A DNA stretch of 64,000 nt from Desulfatiglandales bacterium (lineage in GTDB: Bacteria; Desulfobacterota; DSM-4660; Desulfatiglandales; HGW-15): NCBI GenBank assembly GCA_963667015.2, contig CAXXJJ010000004.1:3040001-3104000 (forward strand). Reading direction: 5' to 3'. Every line of letters begins with the position of its first letter. The first letter of the stretch is position 1. The notes below the pieces were generated by a model. That model did not search any database, was not told the origin of the DNA, and saw only the letters and a program-made list of their open reading frames with translations. Positions 1-10,393 of this stretch are shown here, piece by piece. Made by a program: the position numbers and the translations under genes.

Positions 1-2277
1 CTGTATCTCTTTTCCCTTTTTCGGCCACCCGTCAAGTATCCTTCTCATCTCCCGGCCCAACTCTGCTGCTGCCGACTGTGTCTTACCCAATTCATTACCT
101 GAAAGCCGGATACAGGCAAGATACCCGAATGGAGGATAGTTCAGCAATTCACGCAGCTGAGTTTCATGCTCATAAAAGCTTTTATAGTCATGCTTTTTGG
201 CTGCCTCAATAGCATAGTGTCCGGGATTAAAGGTCTGGATGATTACCTGCCCCGGGTCAGCACCGCGCCCGGCCCTTCCTGCCACCTGGGACAGGATCTG
301 AAAAGTACGCTCCCCTGCCCTGAAATCCGGAAACCCGAGGGAAAGATCGGCAGATATAACACCGACCAGCGTCACATTAGGGAAATCATACCCCTTTGTT
401 ACCATCTGTGTCCCAACAAGAATATCCAGTTCATTATTGCTGAAGCTCTTAAGGAGCTTGTTTATCTGCCCCTTTTTTCTGGTAGTGTCCCTGTCAAACC
501 TTGCTACCCTTGCCCCCGGGACACTCTCTACCAGTTCACGCTCAAGTTTTTCAGTGCCGAACCCGTAGGGTATCATGCCTTCGTGCCTGCATGAAGGGCA
601 CCTGTTATCCGGCACCAGCCTGTAGTCACAATAGTGACAGGTAAGTTCCTTTGCATGAAGATGATAGGTGAGCGTAAGATTGCAGTTAGGGCACCTGACA
701 GATTCACCGCAGGCGGGGCATAGATATATTCGGCTGAACCCCCTCCTGTTTAAAAAGAGAATAGCCTGTTTTCCCTTTTCAAAATTATCCACAAGTGCAT
801 TTTTTAAGGCCGGGCTCAGCAGCATCTTTTTATCTATCTTTTCCAGCTCGGACAGAGATTTCATGTCCACAATCTTTATATCCGGCAATGGTCGTTTTTC
901 CACCCTCTCCGGCATGCTGATGAGGTGATAATGTCTCTTTTCAGAATTGTGAAAGGACTGTACAGAAGGTGTCCCTGAGCCAAGCACGACCAGGGCATTC
1001 TCCATCTTGCCCCTTGCTACTGCAGCATCCCTTGCCTGATATCTGGGCGCCTCTTCCTGCTTGTATGAGGCGTCATATTCCTCATCCACTATGATAAGGC
1101 CAAGACGCGAAAGCGGTGCAAAAAGTGCTGACCTTGCCCCGATAACAAGATCCACCTCACCTCTCAGCATCATCATCCACTGATCATACCGCTCGCCCTT
1201 TGAAAGACCGCTGTGAAACAGGGCAACACGGTCACCCAGCCTTGACCGGAAAAGACCCTCGGTAAAAATGGTAAGGGCTATCTCAGGAACAAGCATGATG
1301 GCCTGTTTTCCGAGACTTATGGCATGTGAGATGGCATTATAATAGACCTCTGTTTTGCCACTCCCTGTTACGCCATATAAAAGGTATGTTGCAAAGATCC
1401 CTTTATCCATACTTTTTTTAAAGGCCGATAAAACCGTTTCCTGATGTTCCGAAAGGGATTCCGGCGGAGGAGAAGGATTGACTATTGTTCCGGCAGGATC
1501 CCGGAAAACCTCTTTACTATACTTTTCAAGCACACCTTTTTTTGTCCACTTCTCTGCGAGGTAATTTCCGTTTTTAAACATTGTGCACAGGTCCCTCAAG
1601 GGCAATCCTTCTGTTACCCTGAGACACTTTAGAAATTCGGATTCATTATCTGCCTTCAACTTGAGACGCGAGTCATCAATGATGGCATTGGGCTCACAAT
1701 CCTCTTTAAATCTGACATACATCCGCATCAGAGGACCCGCAGTGTTTACGGGTTTCTGCTTTTCTATTGAAATCAATCCCTTTTTTTCAAGCTGATAATA
1801 CCTGCACAGGGGAGACGAAAGGCGTTTTCCGGGATTTTTTTTTATTGTGTCCAGGATCATTTTCTGCTCTGGCTTCAGTGAAGGTGATTCAAGGGCAGCC
1901 AGTCCCTTTTCAGTTATCACAGCGGATTTAAAGGGCAGGGCATTCAGGCCCCCGGGCAGGGCCGACTGAATAACCATGCCCAGAGGGCAGATATAATAAT
2001 CGGACAACCAGTTGAAAAAAGGGACCAGGTTGCTGCTGAAGAGCGGCGTCTGATCAAGGATATCCGATATATCCTTCAACTCATAACCGAGATCATTGTC
2101 ATCGATACGGGTTTCCATGATGTAAGCTATGACTTCTCTGTTGTTAAAGGGTGCAAGCACCCTCTTACCGATTTCTATATCAGGCAGGAGATCAACAGGC
2201 ACCGAATAGGAATAAAGGTTATCCACCGGTGCGCAGACCGCAACACTTATTATCTGTTTATTGATATTCCCGGGCAT
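1..2277 (-). CDS. priA: Primosomal protein N' (PriA helicase), 3' end runs off the window
   Basis: Not in the ORF track (no stop in window). Manual minus-strand translation from ATG 2277 gives LLYGVTGSGKTEVY (Walker A), IVDEEYDASYKQ (motif II), FLNRRG, CPxC Zn knuckles and QVAGRAGR. Confidence 0.93.
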   Translation of the reverse strand, partial: MPGNINKQIISVAVCAPVDNLYSYSVPVDLLPDIEIGKRVLAPFNNREVIAYIMETRIDDNDLGYELKDISDILDQTPLFSSNLVPFFNWLSDYYICPLGMVIQSALPGGLNALPFKSAVITEKGLAALESPSLKPEQKMILDTIKKNPGKRLSSPLCRYYQLEKKGLISIEKQKPVNTAGPLMRMYVRFKEDCEPNAIIDDSRLKLKADNESEFLKCLRVTEGLPLRDLCTMFKNGNYLAEKWTKKGVLEKYSKEVFRDPAGTIVNPSPPPESLSEHQETVLSAFKKSMDKGIFATYLLYGVTGSGKTEVYYNAISHAISLGKQAIMLVPEIALTIFTEGLFRSRLGDRVALFHSGLSKGERYDQWMMMLRGEVDLVIGARSALFAPLSRLGLIIVDEEYDASYKQEEAPRYQARDAAVARGKMENALVVLGSGTPSVQSFHNSEKRHYHLISMPERVEKRPLPDIKIVDMKSLSELEKIDKKMLLSPALKNALVDNFEKGKQAILFLNRRGFSRIYLCPACGESVRCPNCNLTLTYHLHAKELTCHYCDYRLVPDNRCPSCRHEGMIPYGFGTEKLERELVESVPGARVARFDRDTTRKKGQINKLLKSFSNNELDILVGTQMVTKGYDFPNVTLVGVISADLSLGFPDFRAGERTFQILSQVAGRAGRGADPGQVIIQTFNPGHYAIEAAKKHDYKSFYEHETQLRELLNYPPFGYLACIRLSGNELGKTQSAAAELGREMRRILDGWPKKGKEIQ

Positions 2278-2286
2278 GGATGGGAT

Positions 2287-3180
2287 TTACTGATACTCTT
2301 CTTCAAATGCCTTTATGACATTTCGTAATCGGTCCTTATCTATATCCGGATTTGCCAAATCAGGATTTGCCGAATCATTTTCGGAATCCGGATTCATCGA
2401 ATCTTCTTTAAGTTCTCTTTTTAATTCATCCGGGAAATCATCCTGTAAACCGTCCATAGGAGTCATTGGCTCAGGTTCTGAAACCTCCGGCAATTCATAC
2501 TCCGGAAAGATATTTAAGATTGATGCATCTATGGGAATATTTGTCTGGATGGTCTGAATGGTGTACTTTTCAACGAGATTTTCACCCTGATTATATGTTA
2601 TTTCATATGGATACCACCCTTTGCCTTCTTTTTGATAATCATCAAACCTCACTGTTATCAGTTCACTTTCAGGATTGTCCGGGACTTTATACATTATCAT
2701 AAGAGGCAAAAACCTCTTTTTTTCAATTATTAACTTCGGGCTGTCAGGTTCCCCCTTACCTATCCTGAAGGCAATCTCTCCTTCAAATCGTGTATAGGAT
2801 GTTATTGAGAGATCAATCCCAAGAGGCAGCAATATCCGCTCTATCTTTTCCCTGCTGTTGGCCAGAAATAACTGTCGATAAAGGATATCCGGAGCAAAAA
2901 AATCTCTTCCGGACAGGCTGTCAAGGGCCTTTATGGAATATTTATCAGGAGATTCGAGCCACAGCTGTTCTGTAAAGACCTTTTCGCTCCAGGCTTGGGT
3001 CTGAAGCGTTGATTGAATCACCGTGACAGTCCTGAAACCTGAAAAGTTTTTAATCATAAAATCCAGGATCTGATCCGCAGGCATTACATAGCCATAGGCG
3101 GTAAGGCTTCCTAGAAATATAGCTGACACTATCATAAATAATGCTGATTTAGCTTTAATGTGAAAAAATATTTTTTTCAT
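2287..3180 (-). CDS. Exported LolA-like / outer-membrane lipoprotein-sorting fold protein with acidic C-terminal tail
   Basis: ORF 2287..3231; likely start MKKIFF at 3180; signal peptide, RFDDYQ..GWYPYEI motif typical of LolA-like proteins. Confidence 0.55.
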   Translation of the reverse strand: MKKIFFHIKAKSALFMIVSAIFLGSLTAYGYVMPADQILDFMIKNFSGFRTVTVIQSTLQTQAWSEKVFTEQLWLESPDKYSIKALDSLSGRDFFAPDILYRQLFLANSREKIERILLPLGIDLSITSYTRFEGEIAFRIGKGEPDSPKLIIEKKRFLPLMIMYKVPDNPESELITVRFDDYQKEGKGWYPYEITYNQGENLVEKYTIQTIQTNIPIDASILNIFPEYELPEVSEPEPMTPMDGLQDDFPDELKRELKEDSMNPDSENDSANPDLANPDIDKDRLRNVIKAFEEEYQ

Positions 3181-3370
3181 TTTGTCATCAGTGCTCCGAT
3201 AATTATTGATTATAATCGAGCAAGATAACAATTATCCTTGCCATACTCAAGCGCAAGATTGATTTTTTCATTTTATTCATTACATAATAATTATTGACAT
3301 ATTACCAAATTTAAACTAAAAATATATATAAATTATACATAATTAAACATATTTATAAGGAGTATGAAAA

Positions 3371-3556
3371 ATGTCATATTATATTGTCTGTCAGAAAAAA
3401 CGAAATAATCCCCGCATGGATATACGTGTCTGCGATAAAAAATGTGATATGAAAAATGAATGTGACGAATACAAATCTTCCTGCAAAGAGCTGATAAGGG
3501 AAAATTCATCTCTCCAGTTGAGCGGAATGGAAGCAATTCAAATGGAAGCAGCTTAA
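3371..3556 (+). CDS. Small Cys-rich hypothetical protein
   Basis: 61 aa; RBS AAGGAG upstream; five Cys; TTGACA -35-like box at about 3294. Confidence 0.6.
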   Translation: MSYYIVCQKKRNNPRMDIRVCDKKCDMKNECDEYKSSCKELIRENSSLQLSGMEAIQMEAA

Positions 3557-4261
3557 CTACAGATGCATTCTTTCCATACTTTTCAGAATTCTCTTCTGAC
3601 GATCTAATATATATTCATCAGGATTCACAGGAGACCATTTGTGGGGGCCGCGAAGGATGGCAGCAAGCAGCGCAGCCTCCTCGGCAGTCAGCTCCGCAGC
3701 ACTTTTATTAAAATATTTCTTTGAAGCCGCCTCTGCGCCTCGTATCCCGGTTCCCCAGTCCACCGTGTTAAGATACATCTCCAGAATTCTCATCTTGGGC
3801 ATTGCAAACTCAATCAATACAGTATAATAGGCCTCTGCTGCTTTTCTTGTTATACTCCTTCCACGCCACAAAAAAACAGTCCTTGCCGTCTGCATTGTTA
3901 TGGTGGAGGCACCCCTTACCGTTCCATCATTCAACATATCCCTGAGCGCCCTCTGTATTTCCTGGAAATCGAATCCGCTGTGAGACATAAACCTCTGATC
4001 CTCTACTGCAAGAACTGCCCTGATAAGATTTGGTGAGATATCCCTGATAGGGCGCCATTCCCCCTTTGGGATTATATACTTATCCGAAGAAAACATGTTC
4101 CTGACCCGAAAAGCCAGATCTGACATGGCAAAGGGGTAATTAATAAATCTGAAGGCAAATACCTGAAGCAGGGAAAGGGCAAAAAACAGGCATAAAATAT
4201 TTATAATAATCCGGCCAAGCCGTTTAAACAGATTTTTTTTCTTTTTCCTTTTTTTCACCAA
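3557..4261 (-). CDS. mtgA: Monofunctional peptidoglycan transglycosylase
   Basis: AVEDQRFMSHSGFD, RGASTITMQTAR and ILEMYLN GT51 motifs; N-terminal TM helix. Confidence 0.92.
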   Translation of the reverse strand: MVKKRKKKKNLFKRLGRIIINILCLFFALSLLQVFAFRFINYPFAMSDLAFRVRNMFSSDKYIIPKGEWRPIRDISPNLIRAVLAVEDQRFMSHSGFDFQEIQRALRDMLNDGTVRGASTITMQTARTVFLWRGRSITRKAAEAYYTVLIEFAMPKMRILEMYLNTVDWGTGIRGAEAASKKYFNKSAAELTAEEAALLAAILRGPHKWSPVNPDEYILDRQKRILKSMERMHL

Positions 4262-4293
4262 TTAGTGCCCATCCATAAACTGTTTTAAAGCAC

Positions 4294-4446
4294 TAATTGG
4301 TTTCCAATTCATAAACGAGATATTTTTTACAAGATCAAGGAAATCAAGGAATGGCGCGGAGGTGTACTTTAGTACATCGCACAAGTCATTCCGCTGATTG
4401 ACGCAGAGATTGTGAAAAAGAGCCGTTTATGGATGGAAACCAATTA
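4294..4446. repeat. About 153-bp palindromic intergenic element (REP/MITE-like), family A
   Basis: Ends TAATTGGTTTCCAATTCATAAACG ... CGTTTATGGATGGAAACCAATTA are inverted repeats; extra left-end copy at 4263-4280; 33 bp (4409-4441) identical to 41709-41741. Confidence 0.75.
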
Positions 4447-5259
4447 ATCATGCCCTGTCTGTTTCTTTATGCTGTCCCAGGCGTTGTTCATGTCATCATA
4501 GGTGGCGTCATCCAGTTTTATACCGGATTTATCCAGTTCCTTTTCCATCCTCTTGAATCGATCGACAAATTTTTTATTTGCATCCCTCAACAGTTCTTCA
4601 CTGTTAAAATCCCAGTGCCGGGCAAGGTTGACCAGGCTGAAAAACAGATCGCCGATTTCTTCTCTCACTTCATCCTTACTGCCATCACCGACAGCATCGG
4701 AAAGTTCATTAAACTCTTCCGTCACCTTGTCCCAGATATCTTCCCTGTTTTTCCAGTCAAATCCTGTTTTGGAGGCCTTTTTACTCAGTCTGTGAGCCCT
4801 CAATAATGCGGGCAGACCGACAGGGACCTCTTCAAGAATGGATGAAGCGCTTTTATTGTTTCCCTTTTCCTGCATCTTGATCTTCTGCCAGTTTTCCGAA
4901 ACCTCTTCGGCGCTGTTTACAACAGTATCGCCAAACACATGGGGATGCCTGTTCTTCATTTTTTTTACTATGTTCCGGATTACATCAGTTATGCTGAACA
5001 ATGTCTTTTCATGGGCCAGACGCGCTAAAAACACAATCATGAACAGGAGGTCTCCCAGCTCAAGGCACATCTCCGGGTAATCTTCCTTTTCAATGGCATC
5101 CATTGCTTCATAGCATTCTTCCAGGAGATACATCTTAACGGTTTCTATTGTCTGTTTTCTGTCCCACGGACACCCTTCAGGGCTTCTCAGTTTTTCTGCA
5201 AGCGCAACCAGTTCAAGAAAAGAACCGGCAAGCTCTTCATCGTTTAATCTGTTTGTCAT
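4444..5259 (-). CDS. mazG: Nucleoside triphosphate pyrophosphohydrolase MazG
   Basis: LRSPEGCPWDRKQT, EECYE, ELGDLL, RHPHVFG and GFDW motifs; tandem MazG domains (ORF track start 5274). Confidence 0.95.
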   Translation of the reverse strand: MTNRLNDEELAGSFLELVALAEKLRSPEGCPWDRKQTIETVKMYLLEECYEAMDAIEKEDYPEMCLELGDLLFMIVFLARLAHEKTLFSITDVIRNIVKKMKNRHPHVFGDTVVNSAEEVSENWQKIKMQEKGNNKSASSILEEVPVGLPALLRAHRLSKKASKTGFDWKNREDIWDKVTEEFNELSDAVGDGSKDEVREEIGDLFFSLVNLARHWDFNSEELLRDANKKFVDRFKRMEKELDKSGIKLDDATYDDMNNAWDSIKKQTGHD

Positions 5260-5800
5260 TTTTTTCTTTTTCAAAGATTACGCTGTTTATCTTACCGGTT
5301 TTACCCAGTATCTTCTTTTTCCAGTTATTGTAGTGATCAGGAGAAACAAGGCCGACAATGGACTGGTAGGACCGGATTATCCACGGGGCAAGGAGAGACT
5401 CCGTAATAAGTGGCGCCTTCGCCGGGACATAAAAGGTCAGGATGATAATGATAACATATGAGAGAAAAATTGTTTTAAGGACTGCAAATGCACCGCCCAT
5501 CAGCCGGTCAAACCACCCCAGCACCCCTTTTTTAAACAGCAGCCTCAATCCCCAGCCTGCGAGGTTACAGAGTATAAGCACAGCGACAAATATCAGGGCA
5601 ATACTTATCAAAGGGATAAAATCGGAAGCTGATATAAAGCTGGCAAGTATTTTCGAAACATCAGGCTGATAGACACTGCCAAGCCATACCCCCAGAACAA
5701 CCCCGGCAAGAGATGCTGCCTCCCGGATGAATCCCCTTAAGGTGCCCTTTACTGTCAGGTATATAAGGGGAATCAAAATTATGTAATCAAGAACATTCAT
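5237..5800 (-). CDS. cvpA: CvpA (colicin V production) family membrane protein
   Basis: MNxLDYII, GxxRGFIRE and DRLMGGAF motifs; four TM segments. Confidence 0.88.
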   Translation of the reverse strand: MNVLDYIILIPLIYLTVKGTLRGFIREAASLAGVVLGVWLGSVYQPDVSKILASFISASDFIPLISIALIFVAVLILCNLAGWGLRLLFKKGVLGWFDRLMGGAFAVLKTIFLSYVIIIILTFYVPAKAPLITESLLAPWIIRSYQSIVGLVSPDHYNNWKKKILGKTGKINSVIFEKEKNDKQIKR

Positions 5801-6018
5801 AAGGAATTCTTTATCAGAGGTCGCTTGAACAGGTCAAGGCTAATAAATGGATAATAGATTGTTTTCATACATATTATATGGTAATTATTGATTCTCTTAT
5901 AATACCGGCTCAACAAACATTACCGAAACAGATGTCTTTATAATTCCTGCTATCTACTGCTTTTTAAATAATAGGATTTTCCGCAGGGCTATTTCCTGAC
6001 GGAGGTTGACAGGGCATC

Positions 6019-7251
6019 ATGAATGAAAAAGAAAAAATAGATCTTATAACACAGATAAGCCTGGACATTAATGAAGTAAAAGACATTGATATCCTGCTTG
6101 AAAGGATATTGACCGGTGTCCGGCTTTTTTTCAATGCCGATGCAGGTTCTATCTACCTGAAGGATGGCAGTGAATTAAGATTCAGCTATTCCCAGAACAG
6201 CACACTTCAGAAAAAACTCCCTCCCGGCAGGAAACTGGTTTACAACATTTTTTCCATGCCGATAAACAACATGTCCATTGCGGGCTATGTGGCGCTGAAC
6301 AAAAAAACCGTTTCAATTCCGGATGTCTATAATATAGACAGCACTGTCCCCTATATATTTGATTCCGAATTTGATGAAATATCCGGATACAGGACCAGAT
6401 CCATGCTGACAGTTCCCATAACCAATCAGAGGGCTGATGTCCTGGGAGTAATGCAGGTAATCAACGCCATGGACAGGGATGGAAACATAATCCCTTTTTC
6501 AGATTCAGACCAGCCCCTTGTAATGCACTTTGCAACAAGTGCAGGGCTTGCCATAGAACGTGCCCAGACAACAAGAAACATTCTTCTCAGAATGATAAGC
6601 ATGGCCGAACTGCGTGATCCAAAGGAAACCGGGGCACATGTCAACCGGGTGGGGGCCTATTCAGTGGAGATTTATGAGGAATGGGCACGGGTAAAAGGCA
6701 TTCCCGGCCCGGAAGTTGAGCGACAGAAGGATATCCTCAGAATGGCAGCAATGCTCCATGATGTCGGCAAGGTTGCCATAAGCGATCTCATCCTGAAAAA
6801 ACCGGCAAGGCTTACCATGGATGAGTTTGAGATAATGAAATCCCATACCTACCTGGGTGCAAAACTGTTTAAAGATACACATTCAGACTTTGATGAGGTA
6901 GCAATGGAGGTTGCGCTTACCCACCATGAAAAATGGGACGGCACAGGATACCCCGGACAAAGTGACGGGATAAATATTTTGCACTCAAACAGCAATGTGG
7001 ATGATACCAAGCATTTTTTGCCTAAGGAAAGAAAAGAAATCCCATTATTTGGCAGGATTGTCGCAATCGCTGACGTTTATGACGCCCTATGTTCACAGAG
7101 AGTCTATAAAGAGGCCTGGAAAGAAGAAGAGATACTTGAAGAAATTAAAAAGAGTTCAGGCTCACATTTTGACCCGGATATTGTGGATGCCTTTTTTAGC
7201 TGCTACGACATGTTGAAATCCATTGCAAAAAGATACCCTGATAAGGAATAA
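6019..7251 (+). CDS. GAF + HD-GYP c-di-GMP phosphodiesterase
   Basis: N-terminal GAF; ETGAHVNRV, LHDVGK, HHEKWDGTGYP, ADVYDAL motifs. Confidence 0.92.
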   Translation: MNEKEKIDLITQISLDINEVKDIDILLERILTGVRLFFNADAGSIYLKDGSELRFSYSQNSTLQKKLPPGRKLVYNIFSMPINNMSIAGYVALNKKTVSIPDVYNIDSTVPYIFDSEFDEISGYRTRSMLTVPITNQRADVLGVMQVINAMDRDGNIIPFSDSDQPLVMHFATSAGLAIERAQTTRNILLRMISMAELRDPKETGAHVNRVGAYSVEIYEEWARVKGIPGPEVERQKDILRMAAMLHDVGKVAISDLILKKPARLTMDEFEIMKSHTYLGAKLFKDTHSDFDEVAMEVALTHHEKWDGTGYPGQSDGINILHSNSNVDDTKHFLPKERKEIPLFGRIVAIADVYDALCSQRVYKEAWKEEEILEEIKKSSGSHFDPDIVDAFFSCYDMLKSIAKRYPDKE

Positions 7252-7370
7252 GATACTTTATAATTCTGCTGAAAAAACTATAGCTGCTTTTATCTGAAAA
7301 GACCTGTTTTTCTTCACGGCACATTGTTTGCAATGACAAGGTATATTATTAATAAGGGCTGTGAATTAAT

Positions 7371-8783
7371 ATGAATGAAAATATTCTTTTAATCAGTGAT
7401 GCGGAAGCAGACAAAAAACGGTTTTTAGATATCCTCGATAAAAATCAATACGATATCTCGCGGATTCCATTTAACGGCAAGGCTGAAAAAATTCTGAGCG
7501 AAAACAGCAAGCCCCTGATCCTGGCAGATTTTGATCTGATACATGAAAGAATCGATCTTTTTTATGAGCTGCAGCAGGGTCTTTCAAAGGCATGCCTGAT
7601 CTTTTACGGCAACAATATCACCTCGGAAGAGCTTAATCATGTTCTGCAAAGGGGCATTTACGCCTATATTCCGAGAAATTTCCTGGAAGAGCGCTTACGA
7701 GAAACTATCCTCGGCGGTCTGGAGAACAGGCGTGCATTTATAGAAATACTGGGGATGATGGATGACCTGAAGGAACTTAATAACCGACTTGAAACAGAAA
7801 AAGACGCCCTTAAAAAACGAAATCAGCAGCTCAGCTTCATTAATCGCCTGAGTAATGAAATCTCCTATGATGTCAACTGGGACAGAATACTCAAGAGAAT
7901 GATTGATGCCGGCCTTGAAAAAACAATGGAATACCGTCTCTTTGGCCTGCTTTTTACGATGGGGTCGCGCTGGAACCTGGCCCTGCACATGGATACCCCT
8001 CAAAACTTAACAGCCCGTGATGAGGTTATCGCTGACATTATTGCCAGGGTAAACTCGGAATATGGCCATGATATATCAGTAATAGATACTGACCTGAATA
8101 TTATCAGCATAAATCCCCCCCGCTTCGCAAGCTCACATAATTTTGATGTTATACCGCTCAATTATGCCGGAAAAATACTGGGTCACATAATTTATGGAGC
8201 AGGAGAGTCAAAAAAGGTATCCGGCGAAGCGGATGTTCTTTTGAATACCCTGGCCAACATGCTTTCCCTGTCGCTCAAAAACGCACAGGAATATTTCATG
8301 CTGAAGGAAGCGGCTGTAACAGACAACCTCACGGGAGTATATAATCGGAAAGGACTTTTTGATTTCCTGGAAAGGGAACTTCCCAGGGCCAGAAGGTATA
8401 AAAAATCCATCTCCTTTATCATGACAGATATGGATGAATTTAAAAAAATTAACGATACAATGGGCCACCAGGCAGGGGACTACGTATTGCGGGAATTTGC
8501 CTCAATATTGAAAAAATCCTTTCGCAGGCCGGACATTGTTTCGCGTTTTGGAGGAGACGAATTTTCAATCCTTCTTCCCGAAACTGAGCTTTCGGATGCC
8601 CACTCAATAATGATGAGGGTTATGGAAGCCCTGAAAGATCATACATTTGAATGGGATTCTCAAAAATTCAGGCTGAAGATGAGTTACGGCATTTCAAACA
8701 GCAATGAGCTGGAAGAACACAGTAATTTAGAAGAACTTATACGACTCGCAGATTCAAGACTCTATGAAAATAAAGCACATTGA
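7371..8783 (+). CDS. Diguanylate cyclase (degenerate REC - GAF-like - GGDEF)
   Basis: TDNLTGVYNR, FKKINDTMGH, RRPD I-site and RFGGDEF. Confidence 0.92.
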   Translation: MNENILLISDAEADKKRFLDILDKNQYDISRIPFNGKAEKILSENSKPLILADFDLIHERIDLFYELQQGLSKACLIFYGNNITSEELNHVLQRGIYAYIPRNFLEERLRETILGGLENRRAFIEILGMMDDLKELNNRLETEKDALKKRNQQLSFINRLSNEISYDVNWDRILKRMIDAGLEKTMEYRLFGLLFTMGSRWNLALHMDTPQNLTARDEVIADIIARVNSEYGHDISVIDTDLNIISINPPRFASSHNFDVIPLNYAGKILGHIIYGAGESKKVSGEADVLLNTLANMLSLSLKNAQEYFMLKEAAVTDNLTGVYNRKGLFDFLERELPRARRYKKSISFIMTDMDEFKKINDTMGHQAGDYVLREFASILKKSFRRPDIVSRFGGDEFSILLPETELSDAHSIMMRVMEALKDHTFEWDSQKFRLKMSYGISNSNELEEHSNLEELIRLADSRLYENKAH

Positions 8784-8878
8784 TACCCATCAAAATACTT
8801 TCATTTTTTTAATTACTCGCTTATCCTATATGCCTTGCACAACATAATTCAGTCAATTCATAGAGAAGGAATGACGCT

Positions 8879-10393
8879 ATGAGCAGAATAAAAATAACAG
8901 AATACGGTGATAATATTACAATAAAAAAGCAGATCGCCAGGGATAAAGGCTGCAATGAATCCTTTGACTCTGAAGATTTCAGGAAGAAAAACCGGATATC
9001 GATCGATATTACCCATATTTTTAACACTCCCGGTGAAAACTCCATTAAAAAAAGTGATGTAGAGGCCCTCATCCCTGATGTAACCGATGCACACAGGATG
9101 CTCAAGGAGAACAGGGGCGATATCCTTGACGGTGATACACCTATGACCGGATGGGTGGATCTTCCGGTAGATATAACAAAAGAGCATATTGAAAAAATAA
9201 ATGCGCTTGCAGCGCGGCTTTCACCAGATATAGACGCTTTTGTCTCTCTCGGAATCGGCGGCTCATATCTGGGCATTGAGGCCACTATCCGGGCCCTTAC
9301 GCACAATTACTTCAACCAGCTGAGCAGAGAGAAAAGGGGAAATGCGCCTGAAATCTACTTTCTCGGTCAGAACATGGACCCCGATTACTTCAGGGACACC
9401 CTGGATATGCTTGACGGAAAACGTATTGCCGTTAACGTTATATCCAAATCAGGAACCACGACCGAAACTGCTGTGGCCTTCCGGATAATAAGGCGCCTGA
9501 TTGAGAAAAATATGGGTAAAGAGGGTGATAAATTTATTATTGCCACGACCGATAAAAGCAAAGGCGCCCTGAAAAACCTGGCAGACAAAAAGGGATATGA
9601 GATATTTGTTGTGCCTGATGACATAGGAGGCAGGTTTTCGGTTCTCTCTGATGTGGGTCTGGTAGGCCTTGCAATGGCCAATATCGATATCGAAGAATTT
9701 ATCGCAGGTTTTAAAAACATGCGGGAAATAACCATGTCGGATGATTTCTGGACAAACCCGGCACTTGTGCACGCGGCCATCAGACATATTGCATGGTTAA
9801 AGGGTAAAAAGATAGAAGTCGTGGCAACCAACTCCAAATCCCTGATGCCTGTCGCAAGGTGGATGGAACAGCTCTTTCCCGAAAGTGAAGGTCACCAGGG
9901 ACACGGGATGTGGATATCTCCTTCTCTTTATTCGGAAAAACTGCATGCCAATGGCCAGATGGTTCAGGATGGAGAGAGGAATATACTTGAAACATTCCTG
10001 TTACTCGACAGGCATGATAACAGTATAAACATCCCGGTTGATGCAGGGAATATCGACGGCCTGAATTTTATACCTGACAATGGCCATGATATGAATTATG
10101 TAAACAGGAAGGTAATTGAAGGACCGGCCTGGGCGCACTACACCGGCGGAGTGCCGAATATGACAATAACCATTCCGGAAAGGAGTGCCTTTAACATCGG
10201 GCAGTTATATTACATGATGGAAAAGTCGGTTGCCGCAAGCGGGTACCTTCTGGGGCACAACCCCTTTATCCAGCCGGGTGTTGAGGCCTATAAAAGGGCT
10301 ATGTTCGCAATGCTTGAAAAACCAGGCTATGAAGATGAAGCAAAGAAACTTGAAGAAGAATCAGTAAAACTTGAGAGGATTGTTATTAAATGA
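8879..10393 (+). CDS. pgi: Glucose-6-phosphate isomerase
   Basis: GIGGSYLG, ISKSGTTTE, DIGGRFSVLS and QPGVEAYK motifs. Confidence 0.93.
   Translation: MSRIKITEYGDNITIKKQIARDKGCNESFDSEDFRKKNRISIDITHIFNTPGENSIKKSDVEALIPDVTDAHRMLKENRGDILDGDTPMTGWVDLPVDITKEHIEKINALAARLSPDIDAFVSLGIGGSYLGIEATIRALTHNYFNQLSREKRGNAPEIYFLGQNMDPDYFRDTLDMLDGKRIAVNVISKSGTTTETAVAFRIIRRLIEKNMGKEGDKFIIATTDKSKGALKNLADKKGYEIFVVPDDIGGRFSVLSDVGLVGLAMANIDIEEFIAGFKNMREITMSDDFWTNPALVHAAIRHIAWLKGKKIEVVATNSKSLMPVARWMEQLFPESEGHQGHGMWISPSLYSEKLHANGQMVQDGERNILETFLLLDRHDNSINIPVDAGNIDGLNFIPDNGHDMNYVNRKVIEGPAWAHYTGGVPNMTITIPERSAFNIGQLYYMMEKSVAASGYLLGHNPFIQPGVEAYKRAMFAMLEKPGYEDEAKKLEEESVKLERIVIK

Noticed and set aside
166..1795. Plus-strand ORFs at 166, 668, 1444 and 1583
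   Set aside because: Antisense shadows of priA. The same applies to most short ORFs overlapping called genes elsewhere.
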